DNA of 64,000 nucleotides. It comes from an uncultured virus (IMG/VR IMGVR_UViG_3300037067_013258). Its lineage: Duplodnaviria; Heunggongvirae; Uroviricota; Caudoviricetes. The notes below the pieces were generated by a model. It ran no database searches. It had not been told where the DNA came from and saw only the letters and a program-made list of their open reading frames with translations. This document shows positions 19,626-28,998 of the stretch, in pieces (position 1 is the first letter of the stretch; every line of letters starts with the position of its first letter). The stretch lies in IMG/VR virus record IMGVR_UViG_3300037067_013258. One strand, 5' to 3'. A program made the translations under genes and the position numbers.

Positions 19626-20524
19626 ATTCCCATTTCTCCCCGTATTTCCTTTACTTCACTTTCTGTCAATTCTCCAGGATCAAGTCCGTTCTGCATATCA
19701 AAAATTATACATTCAATCCCAAAAACAGAAACGGAATTTGCTGCTTTTCTTGCAAATTTCTCTGACAACTCATCATTACAATCAAGTAACCAAAAAATCC
19801 TTTTAAACTTTGCACTCACCAATAATGCAATTTGATTTTCTGTAATATTTTTCCCTAAAGAAGCAACCACACCTTCACCCATTTTCCATTTATCAATTAC
19901 ACCCTCTACTATACAAACAGTATCTCTTCCCCTCACTTGATCAAACCCATAAAATATGCTTTTCGGATCAACTACACCCCTTTCCTTCTCTAAAGTTTTA
20001 TACCGCAAATACTGCTTATTAGTCACATCCCTACCCTGGTATGACACAATCCTACCCTGATATATGATAGGAATAATCACCCTGTACCTCCAATCACCTG
20101 TTAAATCACTGCCTTTCACCTGATAACGATTGAAAATGTAATCAGGATCAAAACCCCTTTTTTCCAGATACTTTCTGTCACACGATAAAAGCTTTTCACT
20201 TCCAGGAAGTATGACTTTTTTAACCCTGGTTTTTTCTGCTTGCTTTTTTCCTATGACGTACTTTTCTGAAAACTCACTATATATCTTTTCAGCTTCATTA
20301 TATGTGCAATCAAGTAAATTCTTAATGACTGTAGACACATAATGCCCACCACACTTCCAACAAAAATAATAACCACCAGCAATATTAAAACCTCCATGAT
20401 CCGATGTATCGCCACAATCAGGCATAGGGCAAGTGATTCCTGCCCAACCTTTCTGAACATTCTTACCGGAGAGGGAATAGTCAATATTATAATTGGTTAA
20501 AAATTGAAGTGCATCAAATGTCAT
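19622..20524 (-). CDS. DNA primase (Zn finger plus TOPRIM)
   Basis: CP..CGD..DH...CWKCG; YQGR; IVEGVID; LDC; DPG. Confidence 0.88.
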   Translation of the reverse strand: MTFDALQFLTNYNIDYSLSGKNVQKGWAGITCPMPDCGDTSDHGGFNIAGGYYFCWKCGGHYVSTVIKNLLDCTYNEAEKIYSEFSEKYVIGKKQAEKTRVKKVILPGSEKLLSCDRKYLEKRGFDPDYIFNRYQVKGSDLTGDWRYRVIIPIIYQGRIVSYQGRDVTNKQYLRYKTLEKERGVVDPKSIFYGFDQVRGRDTVCIVEGVIDKWKMGEGVVASLGKNITENQIALLVSAKFKRIFWLLDCNDELSEKFARKAANSVSVFGIECIIFDMQNGLDPGELTESEVKEIRGEMGI

Positions 20525-20739
20525 TTTTTATTTAACACCTTTTCTTTTCTCTTTTTCCTGGCATTCAATATCTGATTTCTATATTCAATCAAGTACTTTG
20601 ACATTCGCCTTATACAATTACTGCACGTCACATCTGCTGGGTTTGTTGTTTTGCGTAATTGTTTTGGACTATCAAACAATCCCTGTTTACAACAATCCAA
20701 ACCCACAAAATGCAAAACTCTGCTTCTTCTCTTTTTCAC
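20521..20739 (-). CDS. Small basic Zn-binding hypothetical protein
   Basis: H...CC...VTCSNC. Confidence 0.5.
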   Translation of the reverse strand: MKKRRSRVLHFVGLDCCKQGLFDSPKQLRKTTNPADVTCSNCIRRMSKYLIEYRNQILNARKKRKEKVLNKK

Positions 20740-21353
20740 TTTACAACCTCTATCACAGATTCCTTATACTCCCCATGCTTCTTTGCACTTACTTTAAACA
20801 CTCTGTCTGCGTACTCTTCCATATCAGGATTATGCGTACTCATTATCACCTGTACATTCAATTCCTTTGACAACTGCTGTATGATAGTTCCAGCCTTATG
20901 ATGCAGATCCCTGGACAATGCAGAAAAAGGCTCATCCAGTAACAATGTTGATCTTGTATCACCTAATGACAAACAAGCAACCCTGAAAACAAAAGCCAAA
21001 ATGTCAAGCAGCCCTCCACCGGATTCATCCTCCGGGCTCTCTTCCTGGTCATCCTTAAGGAACATCAACCTACATTCTGTCTTATTTGCATTGACCTTAA
21101 ACTCCATTTGAAATTCATATTCACCCGGAAAGCAAATATCCAAAGCCATCTGAATAACTTTTTCAAAATGAAATTTAATTTTATTTTGTGTTTCAACAGC
21201 CACTGCTTGAACTAATACTTGTGCCTGTTCAATAATTTCAAGCTTGTGCTCCAAATCCAATTGTGATTTTTTTCTTTTTTCAATATTGCTTTGAATAAAT
21301 TCCTTCCTGCCTTGCGCCTTGTCAAGTGTTTGTCTGTATTCAATTGCATTCAT
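20736..21353 (-). CDS. SbcC/Rad50 C-terminal half
   Basis: Coiled coil, then signature SGGG, Walker B LLLDEPF, H-loop STH. Confidence 0.85.
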   Translation of the reverse strand: MNAIEYRQTLDKAQGRKEFIQSNIEKRKKSQLDLEHKLEIIEQAQVLVQAVAVETQNKIKFHFEKVIQMALDICFPGEYEFQMEFKVNANKTECRLMFLKDDQEESPEDESGGGLLDILAFVFRVACLSLGDTRSTLLLDEPFSALSRDLHHKAGTIIQQLSKELNVQVIMSTHNPDMEEYADRVFKVSAKKHGEYKESVIEVVK

Positions 21354-21357
21354 AATT

Positions 21358-21389
21358 TTTTATAGTAGGTATATATACCTACTATAAAA
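21358..21389. repeat. Perfect 32-bp palindrome
   Basis: TTTTATAGTAGGTATATATACCTACTATAAAA equals its own reverse complement. Confidence 0.95.
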
Positions 21390-21621
21390 CCTCCCAGTCA
21401 AATTCAATTTCAAGCCTGGTTAATAAATTTGTTTCCCTACTTTCAAGCTTTTTAATTTCAGAATTCAATAATTGATTTTTTTCCTTTGCTTTTTCTAATG
21501 AGTCAATTTTCTGTGTACTCCATTCCTTTTCAATGTTTTCGATGTCACGTTCAACCTGTATTTTTTCAATTTTCAATCTGTCTATTCTTTTCTGCAATTT
21601 TTCAAGATCTTGTGTTGTCAT
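21382..21621 (-). CDS. Small coiled-coil protein of the SbcCD locus
   Basis: Heptad pattern throughout. Confidence 0.65.
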   Translation of the reverse strand: MTTQDLEKLQKRIDRLKIEKIQVERDIENIEKEWSTQKIDSLEKAKEKNQLLNSEIKKLESRETNLLTRLEIEFDWEVL

Positions 21622-22526
21622 TTCTTAACATCCCCTATCATCTTTTGCACAAATTCGATACAATCATCATTCAAACTATTACCCACAATTGCTTCCTTTA
21701 AATTATCTAAAAATGATAATGTAAATTTCTTTGTTGAAACACCTTTTAACATTTCAACAAACACACCAATATTTTCATCCTTCATTTCTTTTTTTTCTAC
21801 ATGAGAATCCTGCACCAATTCACCCGTATCAATCACATTTTGAATTCTTTTTATTACAAAATTATCATCATTTTTACTTGAATACAACACAACTGAAGGC
21901 TTGTAATCCCTCATATCATATGCTTGTCGAATTAAACAACCAGGCACCACAACAGTCCGTCCATTTTCTCCATAATATTCAAATCCATTATGATTGTCAC
22001 CGGCAAAAATAATATCAGCCCTGGTAACATTCTGCAATAATTCCTTTGCACCCACACAATTTCCAAAACTACTAACAGTGTTAGGACATAATATATGTGT
22101 GAAATACAACCCATTTTCTGTACCCTCAAAAGTATTCATTCCAAAAGGTGCAACCCTGCCAATATCTTGCATTAATCGCAAAGGTGTGCTTCTTTCTCCT
22201 GCTATCTTTTCCAGCACCCCATAACTTGTCTTATCGATTGTTTCCAATGAATGATACAAAAGATCATGTTGCCCTGGTAAAATATATGTCTTTGTTTCCA
22301 ACTGACCCAATGCAATTGATAAAAACATATTTAACAACTCATTCGACACCTTATCATAATGAAAAATATCACCACAAATACAAACATCTGCATCATGCTC
22401 ACATGCTTCTGTATAAACAAAATCAAGGGAATCCATTTGCAGCTTAAACCAATCCTCACATTTCGGTCTGCACCTAGGACGGTCATCGCGTAGATGCCAA
22501 TCTGCCGTTACAATCAAGTTTTTCAT
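21618..22526 (-). CDS. SbcD/Mre11 metallophosphoesterase nuclease
   Basis: ADWHL, CGDIFH, PGQHD, GDNH, VPGC. Confidence 0.88.
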   Translation of the reverse strand: MKNLIVTADWHLRDDRPRCRPKCEDWFKLQMDSLDFVYTEACEHDADVCICGDIFHYDKVSNELLNMFLSIALGQLETKTYILPGQHDLLYHSLETIDKTSYGVLEKIAGERSTPLRLMQDIGRVAPFGMNTFEGTENGLYFTHILCPNTVSSFGNCVGAKELLQNVTRADIIFAGDNHNGFEYYGENGRTVVVPGCLIRQAYDMRDYKPSVVLYSSKNDDNFVIKRIQNVIDTGELVQDSHVEKKEMKDENIGVFVEMLKGVSTKKFTLSFLDNLKEAIVGNSLNDDCIEFVQKMIGDVKK

Positions 22527-22738
22527 ACTTTCATAAACTCCTCTACAGACTCTTTAAATGCGAAATGTTTGCACAAACAAACACCTATCTCATCCTTAAC
22601 AATCCACAAAGCACTACTTTTAAAAAATTGTAATGTCCTTTTATTTCTCTGATTCACCAAACAAACATCGTTATTTTTTAAAACATTCATTATTGTAATA
22701 TAAGCATTTTCAAGTTCAATTTGTAATTTAGTTTTCAA
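22523..22738 (-). CDS. Hypothetical protein
   Basis: ORF track; stop/start coupling. Confidence 0.5.
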   Translation of the reverse strand: MKTKLQIELENAYITIMNVLKNNDVCLVNQRNKRTLQFFKSSALWIVKDEIGVCLCKHFAFKESVEEFMKV

Positions 22739-23295
22739 AATGGTATCTCCTCTATAAACCCAAGCCTGAACATTTCCTTAAACTGTTTAAAAAGATCAAC
22801 TCTTTTTTCTTTATTATTCATTAATAAATATTTCATTTTTTCATTCCTGCATAAATTTATCAAAGATACAGTTGCAAATTTCCATTTACGAAAAACATCC
22901 TTTGTCTGACAAATTATAATGTTAGTTAGTTTGTTTTGATAATTAATGAGCACATTCCAGGTTTCGACATTTTTATTATCATTATAGTCTGTACCTTCTA
23001 AAAAATTTGCATAGTGCTTTTCCATTGTGCTGTTAAATTCTCTGATTTCTTCTTCATAGTTCTTAATAAAAAATGGTTGTTCGACCAATAAACCCCAATC
23101 ACTGCCAAGTATCAAAAAATCAAAATCAGAATCAGAATTCCCCTGCACATATTCCAAACCAAAAAAAGCACCACTCCCTGTAGGGTAAAAAAATTTATTT
23201 GTGTCATCATGTAACACACTTAAAACACTGTGCAAAAAATCCCCTGATTCTGGATAAAACATCAAACACCCGTTTTCTGTTGTTTCGTATTTCAT
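22735..23295 (-). CDS. Pol-beta-type nucleotidyltransferase-like protein
   Basis: YPTGS...SDSDFDFLI (hGS...DxD); ends in EEIPF. Confidence 0.55.
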   Translation of the reverse strand: MKYETTENGCLMFYPESGDFLHSVLSVLHDDTNKFFYPTGSGAFFGLEYVQGNSDSDFDFLILGSDWGLLVEQPFFIKNYEEEIREFNSTMEKHYANFLEGTDYNDNKNVETWNVLINYQNKLTNIIICQTKDVFRKWKFATVSLINLCRNEKMKYLLMNNKEKRVDLFKQFKEMFRLGFIEEIPF

Positions 23296-23312
23296 ATCCT
23301 TTTATTCCCCTC

Positions 23313-24371
23313 TTAACCAAACAACTTATCAAGTATTGTGCACACATATCCCTCATTTATCACAAATTCGGGGTCATTCAATTGTTTTCTCTGTAATGCC
23401 TCTATCAATTGCATAAAATATGCAGAATCAACACCCACAAGTTGATCCTCTAAAACTGCAATGTCTGTTAAATCCAGATTTGAAATTGCATAACATATTT
23501 TAAGAATCTGACCTGCATTTATTGTAAACCCTCTATAAATAAATTTCCGCATTCTCATTAAAGAACATATCGGATATTTACTTCCCTGATACACCAATTG
23601 TTTGTTTATTATCGCTTCTAATGCTTTTGCAGGTAAAGCCAATTCGTTGTTCCACGATGTCCAGTAACAAGTACAATGAATAAAACCATAATTTTTATGT
23701 ATTTCCTCCGGTTCCCCGTAAAATCTTACAACTATCTGAATTTTGTTCGATAGTGTGATCGCATTTGCTGATAAAAATACCGGAAAATATCTGCCTTTTT
23801 CTTCCTTTTCAGCCTCATCTTCTTTTACTTCATCTGCATTTTCAACAGCATTCTGATAAATATTTTGTACAGAATCTTCTCCCACAATATCAGTGTCATA
23901 AACATCTTCAAAAGGTTCCTGGTTTTCACCTGCCACCCCGTCAGACCTGACAATAATCTTGATTCTATCCAGTGTAAGATTATGGATCATGTGTGAATTC
24001 CAATCTCTTTTTTCTGTCCCGTCATCGTTTACACCTAATACAGGATTGTCTGTACTTTTAAGCTGTTCCTCAAGATTAAGAGCACCATCAAGCACAAAAG
24101 CTTTATGTAAATGTCCTATTTTATTTTGATGTGCTCCATTCCTATCATTAAACTTTTTAACATAATACTGTGCAACCTTCAAAACAGAATCTTTATTTCT
24201 AAAGTACACATCAAAATCTTTTACCTTTTCATTCAATAAAAGATTTACAATTGCACCACCTGTAATAATTATATTTTCCTTAATAATCTTCTTTATCTCT
24301 TCATCGTCAACATATTTTAACCAATCATTTATTTTCTGATTAAAAATCTTCTTAATTGTTTTACTTACCAT
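23313..24371 (-). CDS. Nucleotidyltransferase-like protein (CCA/poly(A) polymerase-like head motif)
   Basis: IITGGAIVNLL...KDFDVYF. Confidence 0.65.
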   Translation of the reverse strand: MVSKTIKKIFNQKINDWLKYVDDEEIKKIIKENIIITGGAIVNLLLNEKVKDFDVYFRNKDSVLKVAQYYVKKFNDRNGAHQNKIGHLHKAFVLDGALNLEEQLKSTDNPVLGVNDDGTEKRDWNSHMIHNLTLDRIKIIVRSDGVAGENQEPFEDVYDTDIVGEDSVQNIYQNAVENADEVKEDEAEKEEKGRYFPVFLSANAITLSNKIQIVVRFYGEPEEIHKNYGFIHCTCYWTSWNNELALPAKALEAIINKQLVYQGSKYPICSLMRMRKFIYRGFTINAGQILKICYAISNLDLTDIAVLEDQLVGVDSAYFMQLIEALQRKQLNDPEFVINEGYVCTILDKLFG

Positions 24372-24377
24372 ATCCTT

Positions 24378-25454
24378 TTAACTCCTTTTCATTTTATTTC
24401 CACATACAGGACAAATTGTAGGAAGTTTCTCTGTCTCTTCCACTAATTGATTTGCAATACTGGACAACCTCTCCCTTTTCTCTTCATAAGCATTAATACT
24501 GCCATCCAATCCTTTTAACTCTTCACCTTTCAGCACCTTCTCTTTTTCAATTTCTCTTATCTCTGTTATTATACTTTCCATACCAGAAACACAAACACAT
24601 TTTTTAATAATTTTCTGTGCTTCCTGGTATCGTTCGATAGAATCACTTAAGCTTTTCTCTGCGTTTCTCTTTTCATTCAGACCAGTTTCAACACATCTAA
24701 TTTCTGCAATCAACTTTTCAGCACTTCCAATTGTTTGAAACTTACTTAAACTACTTTTTAATTTCACGTACTCATTAATTGATTCTGATAATCCACTTAA
24801 AGCACCTTCCTTCTCACCCCTTTCACTTTCCAGCCTTTCAACCTTCTTAAGTAGACAATCAGCATCGTCAATCCAGTTCAATTTCAATAAATCATTTTCA
24901 AGTGTTTCCAGTTCCTTCACATTTTGTTTCAATCCACTTTCACACTCTGTTTTTTCACGCTTAACATATGTTAAGCAATCATCAATCACGTCAAGTTTAA
25001 TTAGTGAGTTCAAATATTTTGCAGCTTCACCAGGTGTGAATGAAATCAAAAAAGGCTGTTCTTTTTGTCTCTGGATATTCACGTCTGACATATTGATAAA
25101 CTTAATTATTTCTTCCGGGATACTGCCCTTAAGCGCATCATAATCAACACCATCAAAGCTATAATAATTGTTTCCCTTTTCTCTGTCCTTATCCCTACCC
25201 CTTATGATAGTCTTATCATCAATGCACAATTCAATTTTTGTAGGTTTTACCGGATCACCTTTATTGTCTCGATTCCAATAAGATATAACACTTTTACCCA
25301 ATGGCCTGTTATTTATCGTCCAGTATAGAGCCCTGAAAATGGTTGATTTACCATTATTTGATGACCCCACAAACAGGCTTATTCCAGGGTGAAAAGTGAA
25401 TAATTGGTCAACATAACTTCTGAAATTGATTAGTCGAATTGATTGTATCATCAT
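24378..25454 (-). CDS. SbcC/Rad50 N-terminal half ending at the zinc hook
   Basis: LINFRSY, Walker A GSSNNGKS, Q-loop NIQRQ, coiled coil, terminal CPVCG. Confidence 0.88.
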   Translation of the reverse strand: MMIQSIRLINFRSYVDQLFTFHPGISLFVGSSNNGKSTIFRALYWTINNRPLGKSVISYWNRDNKGDPVKPTKIELCIDDKTIIRGRDKDREKGNNYYSFDGVDYDALKGSIPEEIIKFINMSDVNIQRQKEQPFLISFTPGEAAKYLNSLIKLDVIDDCLTYVKREKTECESGLKQNVKELETLENDLLKLNWIDDADCLLKKVERLESERGEKEGALSGLSESINEYVKLKSSLSKFQTIGSAEKLIAEIRCVETGLNEKRNAEKSLSDSIERYQEAQKIIKKCVCVSGMESIITEIREIEKEKVLKGEELKGLDGSINAYEEKRERLSSIANQLVEETEKLPTICPVCGNKMKRS

Positions 25455-25455
25455 T

Positions 25456-26355
25456 TTACTCCAAATCAACACCTTTCATCTTCTTAATTCCACTGACAAT
25501 TAGTCCTATATGCCTTTTTTCTTCCTTTTTAATTCTCTCAAATTCTTCCATATCTAAAAAATTAAGAATATTGTCTGTTATTGTACTGTCAATCACAGAA
25601 GGATCAAGGGCGTCCAATTCCCATGATTCATCTCCATAATTTGAAATATATGATTTACACCTTGAATCTGTAATTTTTGCAAAATTAGGCGGGGGATCAT
25701 ATTCCCCTATTTGATCCATTGTTAATGCAATTCTTATCACATTAACACACGCACCAAAAACTTTATTTAACCTATTCTCAATATCTCTTGTCATATCAAT
25801 TCCAGAAGGATCGTGATCTCCAAGATATAAAAGAATGCATTTTTTACCGTGTTTATAATCAACATCTTTGAATCTATCCGCTGCTTTATACATTTCTGAT
25901 TGTGACACATATCCCCGACATGAAAGGCAACAAACCTCATACACACTACAAACTTTCCTTACAATTGAAATTAAAGCATCTTTTTCAACCCACACTTCCA
26001 CATAATTATCATTAGTCACCCATTTATCCAAAGTATAACCGTATTTTACAGAACTCTCCATAAGTGCTTTATAATTTGTATATTCCCCTCCAGATCCATG
26101 CACCCCTCTAGTTCTATCCTCAATTAAATCCCAATCAATCAAACCAGCAAGTCTTGCGTCATTTATTATCGAACCTAAATTTTTATAACTCTTTTGATTA
26201 TTTTCAATGAGTGCTCTGGAAACAAATTGATAATATAGTTGCCTTAATGTAAGTGTATACCCTTGTACCATATATTCATCAATGATTTCATTTGCCTTTT
26301 TTATTATTGACATGCTGTTTGAATTAAATTTTTTAGAAATAAACAATTCTTTCAT
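25456..26355 (-). CDS. Topo VI-A/Spo11-like wHTH-TOPRIM protein (Mini-A-like)
   Basis: TLRQLYYQ, VWVEKDAL, RGYVS, YLGDHDPSG, WELDAL. Confidence 0.75.
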   Translation of the reverse strand: MKELFISKKFNSNSMSIIKKANEIIDEYMVQGYTLTLRQLYYQFVSRALIENNQKSYKNLGSIINDARLAGLIDWDLIEDRTRGVHGSGGEYTNYKALMESSVKYGYTLDKWVTNDNYVEVWVEKDALISIVRKVCSVYEVCCLSCRGYVSQSEMYKAADRFKDVDYKHGKKCILLYLGDHDPSGIDMTRDIENRLNKVFGACVNVIRIALTMDQIGEYDPPPNFAKITDSRCKSYISNYGDESWELDALDPSVIDSTITDNILNFLDMEEFERIKKEEKRHIGLIVSGIKKMKGVDLE

Positions 26356-26367
26356 TCAATACTTCCT

Positions 26368-26574
26368 TCACCCATTATTATTTACAAACCTTTGATAAAT
26401 ATTATTAAGTGTTTTTGATTGCAGCCTGGTCAGCTCTCCAAACCTTTCTAGGGCATGATTGCAAATGTTTGTCCAGTACAATTCATTTGTAGTTAACTCA
26501 TTCCTATATTTAATAAGTGTTGTTATTTTATCACTCCACACTTTCTTATACTCATTCAATTTTATTCCATCCAT
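26368..26574 (-). CDS. Hypothetical protein
   Basis: ORF track; start MDGIK after GAGGTG. Confidence 0.5.
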   Translation of the reverse strand: MDGIKLNEYKKVWSDKITTLIKYRNELTTNELYWTNICNHALERFGELTRLQSKTLNNIYQRFVNNNG

Positions 26575-26622
26575 ATAACACCTCTTTAAAAGTGGGCAGG
26601 ACATCACCTGCCCTGATTTCAA

Positions 26623-26766
26623 TCATTCATCGTCATCCCCAAATTCAAAATCAACATCATCACCAAATTCGTCATCATCATCATTGCATTCACATTCATT
26701 GCAATCACAATCCTCGTCCATGTCATCATCTAACATAGAAGTAATTGTTTCTTTTGTTTTTCCCAT
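26623..26766 (-). CDS. 47-aa extremely acidic protein (not in the ORF track)
   Basis: AAGGAG upstream; MGKTKETITSMLDDDMDEDCDCNECECNDDDDEFGDDVDFEFGDDDE. Confidence 0.6.
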   Translation of the reverse strand: MGKTKETITSMLDDDMDEDCDCNECECNDDDDEFGDDVDFEFGDDDE

Positions 26767-26794
26767 AATGTCAATCCACTCCTTTAATTTATTT

Positions 26795-27517
26795 TTATAC
26801 AGACACCTGTATTTTTTCTTTAATCACACCTAATTCAATTAATTGCTTTTTATATTCCGGTTCCATCTCATTACTTTTTAAAGCATATTTACTGCATGAA
26901 ATGCTTTCAAACATTGGTTTTCCCTTGTACCCTTTTATCCAGATAAACCAGGCATAGACATTCATGGCTGTGGGAAACTTTCCGTCCTCCCTTATCGGTG
27001 CACGCAAATCAGGCATACGATCAAACACTGATACGTGAGCAAGCCCCTCATAAACTTTTCTTTTAGCCCTTCTCTGGCCTGACAAGTAATTTGTCCTTAA
27101 CAAAAAACAAAACATTTCTGGTTCCAATTCCTTTGCACGCAAAACAAAATTATCAGCAATAGAAAAAGGAGGATTTGTGATAATGTATGGGAATTTTTGT
27201 TGAAAATCATAAGTTAAAAATGAATACTGAATATCTATATTTGATGCCATAGGGACATTTTTTATAAAAGCAAGACTTCCATACACAGGATCATAAGCAG
27301 CGACCTTATTAAAATACGTTTTTAACACAAAAGACATATGACCTTCACCTGCTGCCGGTTCTAATGCTGCTTTATCAAAATCAAAATCAATACCGATATT
27401 GTGCTTTGCATTTTCAAATAACAATTCAGTCAGTGAATAATGTGTTGAATAGTTATCACCTTTTCTGAACTCCGGCCTTTCACTTTCAGCCATTTTATGT
27501 GCACATGCTTTACCCAT
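26795..27517 (-). CDS. DNA adenine methyltransferase
   Basis: LEPAAGEG (motif I) and IITNPPF (motif IV). Confidence 0.85.
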   Translation of the reverse strand: MGKACAHKMAESERPEFRKGDNYSTHYSLTELLFENAKHNIGIDFDFDKAALEPAAGEGHMSFVLKTYFNKVAAYDPVYGSLAFIKNVPMASNIDIQYSFLTYDFQQKFPYIITNPPFSIADNFVLRAKELEPEMFCFLLRTNYLSGQRRAKRKVYEGLAHVSVFDRMPDLRAPIREDGKFPTAMNVYAWFIWIKGYKGKPMFESISCSKYALKSNEMEPEYKKQLIELGVIKEKIQVSV

Positions 27518-27634
27518 TAATCACTCCGATAATATCAAAATTTGCACAATGAAGTACATCTAAATTATCATTAAAGTAAGCAGTATACATATCCTGCAAA
27601 AAATCTAAAAACATAGAAATTGTCATAGTTGTTT

Positions 27635-27820
27635 TCATACACCCTCCTTTAGAAAATTAACTGTTTTAAATAATGACACATATTCATCACACATATTTTC
27701 TATTCTGCTTTGTGATTCACGTGTTTTCTTTTTTCTTTGTTCCATTTTTATTATATGTGAAAGCTTATGTATTTCATATTCTAAAATAGAAATAGCTGGT
27801 TGATGCTGGTTTTCATCCAT
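27635..27820 (-). CDS. Hypothetical protein
   Basis: ORF track. Confidence 0.5.
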   Translation of the reverse strand: MDENQHQPAISILEYEIHKLSHIIKMEQRKKKTRESQSRIENMCDEYVSLFKTVNFLKEGV

Positions 27821-27983
27821 TCTTTTTTTCCTCTATACTTTTGTTACTCACATACAACCTCATTCCATTATCCACATACTCGATAAGTGAAGATGTATCA
27901 CCTTTTGAAACAATCAACACCTCCCGTTTTGGTCTGCTTTTACCGTTTGGGAAATAACCGTCTGGTACACAGTATCTTTTCAT

Positions 27984-28295
27984 TCAATCATCATCCTTTA
28001 AATAAAATATCCTTACTCTCACTTTTTCCAAATCATCAAAATTGCTGCTGTCAAAAATAGTTCCTGTTTTTCTTTGTATTTTAATTTTATACCTTTTACT
28101 ATCATCATGTATAACTACATTTTCTAAAAACCACACATATAACTCATTTTCAAAACACTTTGAATCAAAAGAATTTCCATTATCATCAATAATGACAGTT
28201 AAAATAATGGAATATGGACTAAATGGGATATCAGACACACAATCCTCTTTAGCATCCATGTTCCATCCCTTATATTCAAAAATTGCTTTTTTCAT
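27984..28295 (-). CDS. Hypothetical protein
   Basis: ORF track; ATGA coupling. Confidence 0.55.
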   Translation of the reverse strand: MKKAIFEYKGWNMDAKEDCVSDIPFSPYSIILTVIIDDNGNSFDSKCFENELYVWFLENVVIHDDSKRYKIKIQRKTGTIFDSSNFDDLEKVRVRIFYLKDDD

Positions 28296-28558
28296 TTTTC
28301 TACACCATTAACACAACCAAATTCCTCTCCGGTGTACATATGCACACAATAATCACTGCCATCTCTTAATGAAACACCTGTTATATCAGGACTTCTTTCA
28401 AAACGTGTTATTTTCGTACTTTTACATTCATGAACTTCAAAAGGCATTTTTTTAAGTTCATATGTATCTTCATCTTCTGGATATTCTATTGGAGCACGGT
28501 CATTAGGATCACTTGCTATCCAAAATTTACATTTTTTACATAAACACATTGCCAACAT
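28292..28558 (-). CDS. Cys-containing hypothetical protein
   Basis: CKKCKFW...TGEEFGCV, a common small-phage-protein pattern. Confidence 0.55.
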   Translation of the reverse strand: MLAMCLCKKCKFWIASDPNDRAPIEYPEDEDTYELKKMPFEVHECKSTKITRFERSPDITGVSLRDGSDYCVHMYTGEEFGCVNGVEK

Positions 28559-28564
28559 CCCTTT

Positions 28565-28804
28565 TTACCAATTTTGTCTACCAACAACAGCATCGAATAG
28601 TTTTCTTTTCTTTGAAACAAAACCAGGAATGATCTTTTTGCATTTTTGCCTTAATTCCTTTTTCCAATCCCTTAACATAGTATCTGCTTTTCCGCCTTGA
28701 ACAAAACCATGTCTATAAATATCATTAAGAATTTCCGTAAGAAAAAAGAAATCCTTAACACTCAAATTCTTTTCTGCCTTCTTAATATACTTCCTTTTCA
28801 TCAT
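28565..28804 (-). CDS. Hypothetical protein
   Basis: ORF track. Confidence 0.5.
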   Translation of the reverse strand: MMKRKYIKKAEKNLSVKDFFFLTEILNDIYRHGFVQGGKADTMLRDWKKELRQKCKKIIPGFVSKKRKLFDAVVGRQNW

Positions 28805-28815
28805 TCACTCTTCCT

Positions 28816-28998
28816 TTACTTTCCAAAAGTTTTATCTTGACATTCCTGACAAATACCAGAAATCTTAAATTCCCTTACTGATATTCTATCCCTAAAATCT
28901 TTTTCAGAAACATTTTTTCCACAAAAAGGGCAGTTTCCTTTTAACACCTCACCCACTTGTTTTGTAAACCCTGCTTTATTCATAATATTAATGTTCAT
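28816..28998 (-). CDS. Small zinc-finger protein
   Basis: CPFCG...FRD.IS.REF.ISG.CQ.CQD. Confidence 0.7.
   Translation of the reverse strand: MNINIMNKAGFTKQVGEVLKGNCPFCGKNVSEKDFRDRISVREFKISGICQECQDKTFGK

Noticed and set aside
21358..21389. Protelomerase/telomere resolution site
   Set aside because: No resolvase of that type in the window, and the site lies mid-operon. Kept only as an unexplained palindrome.
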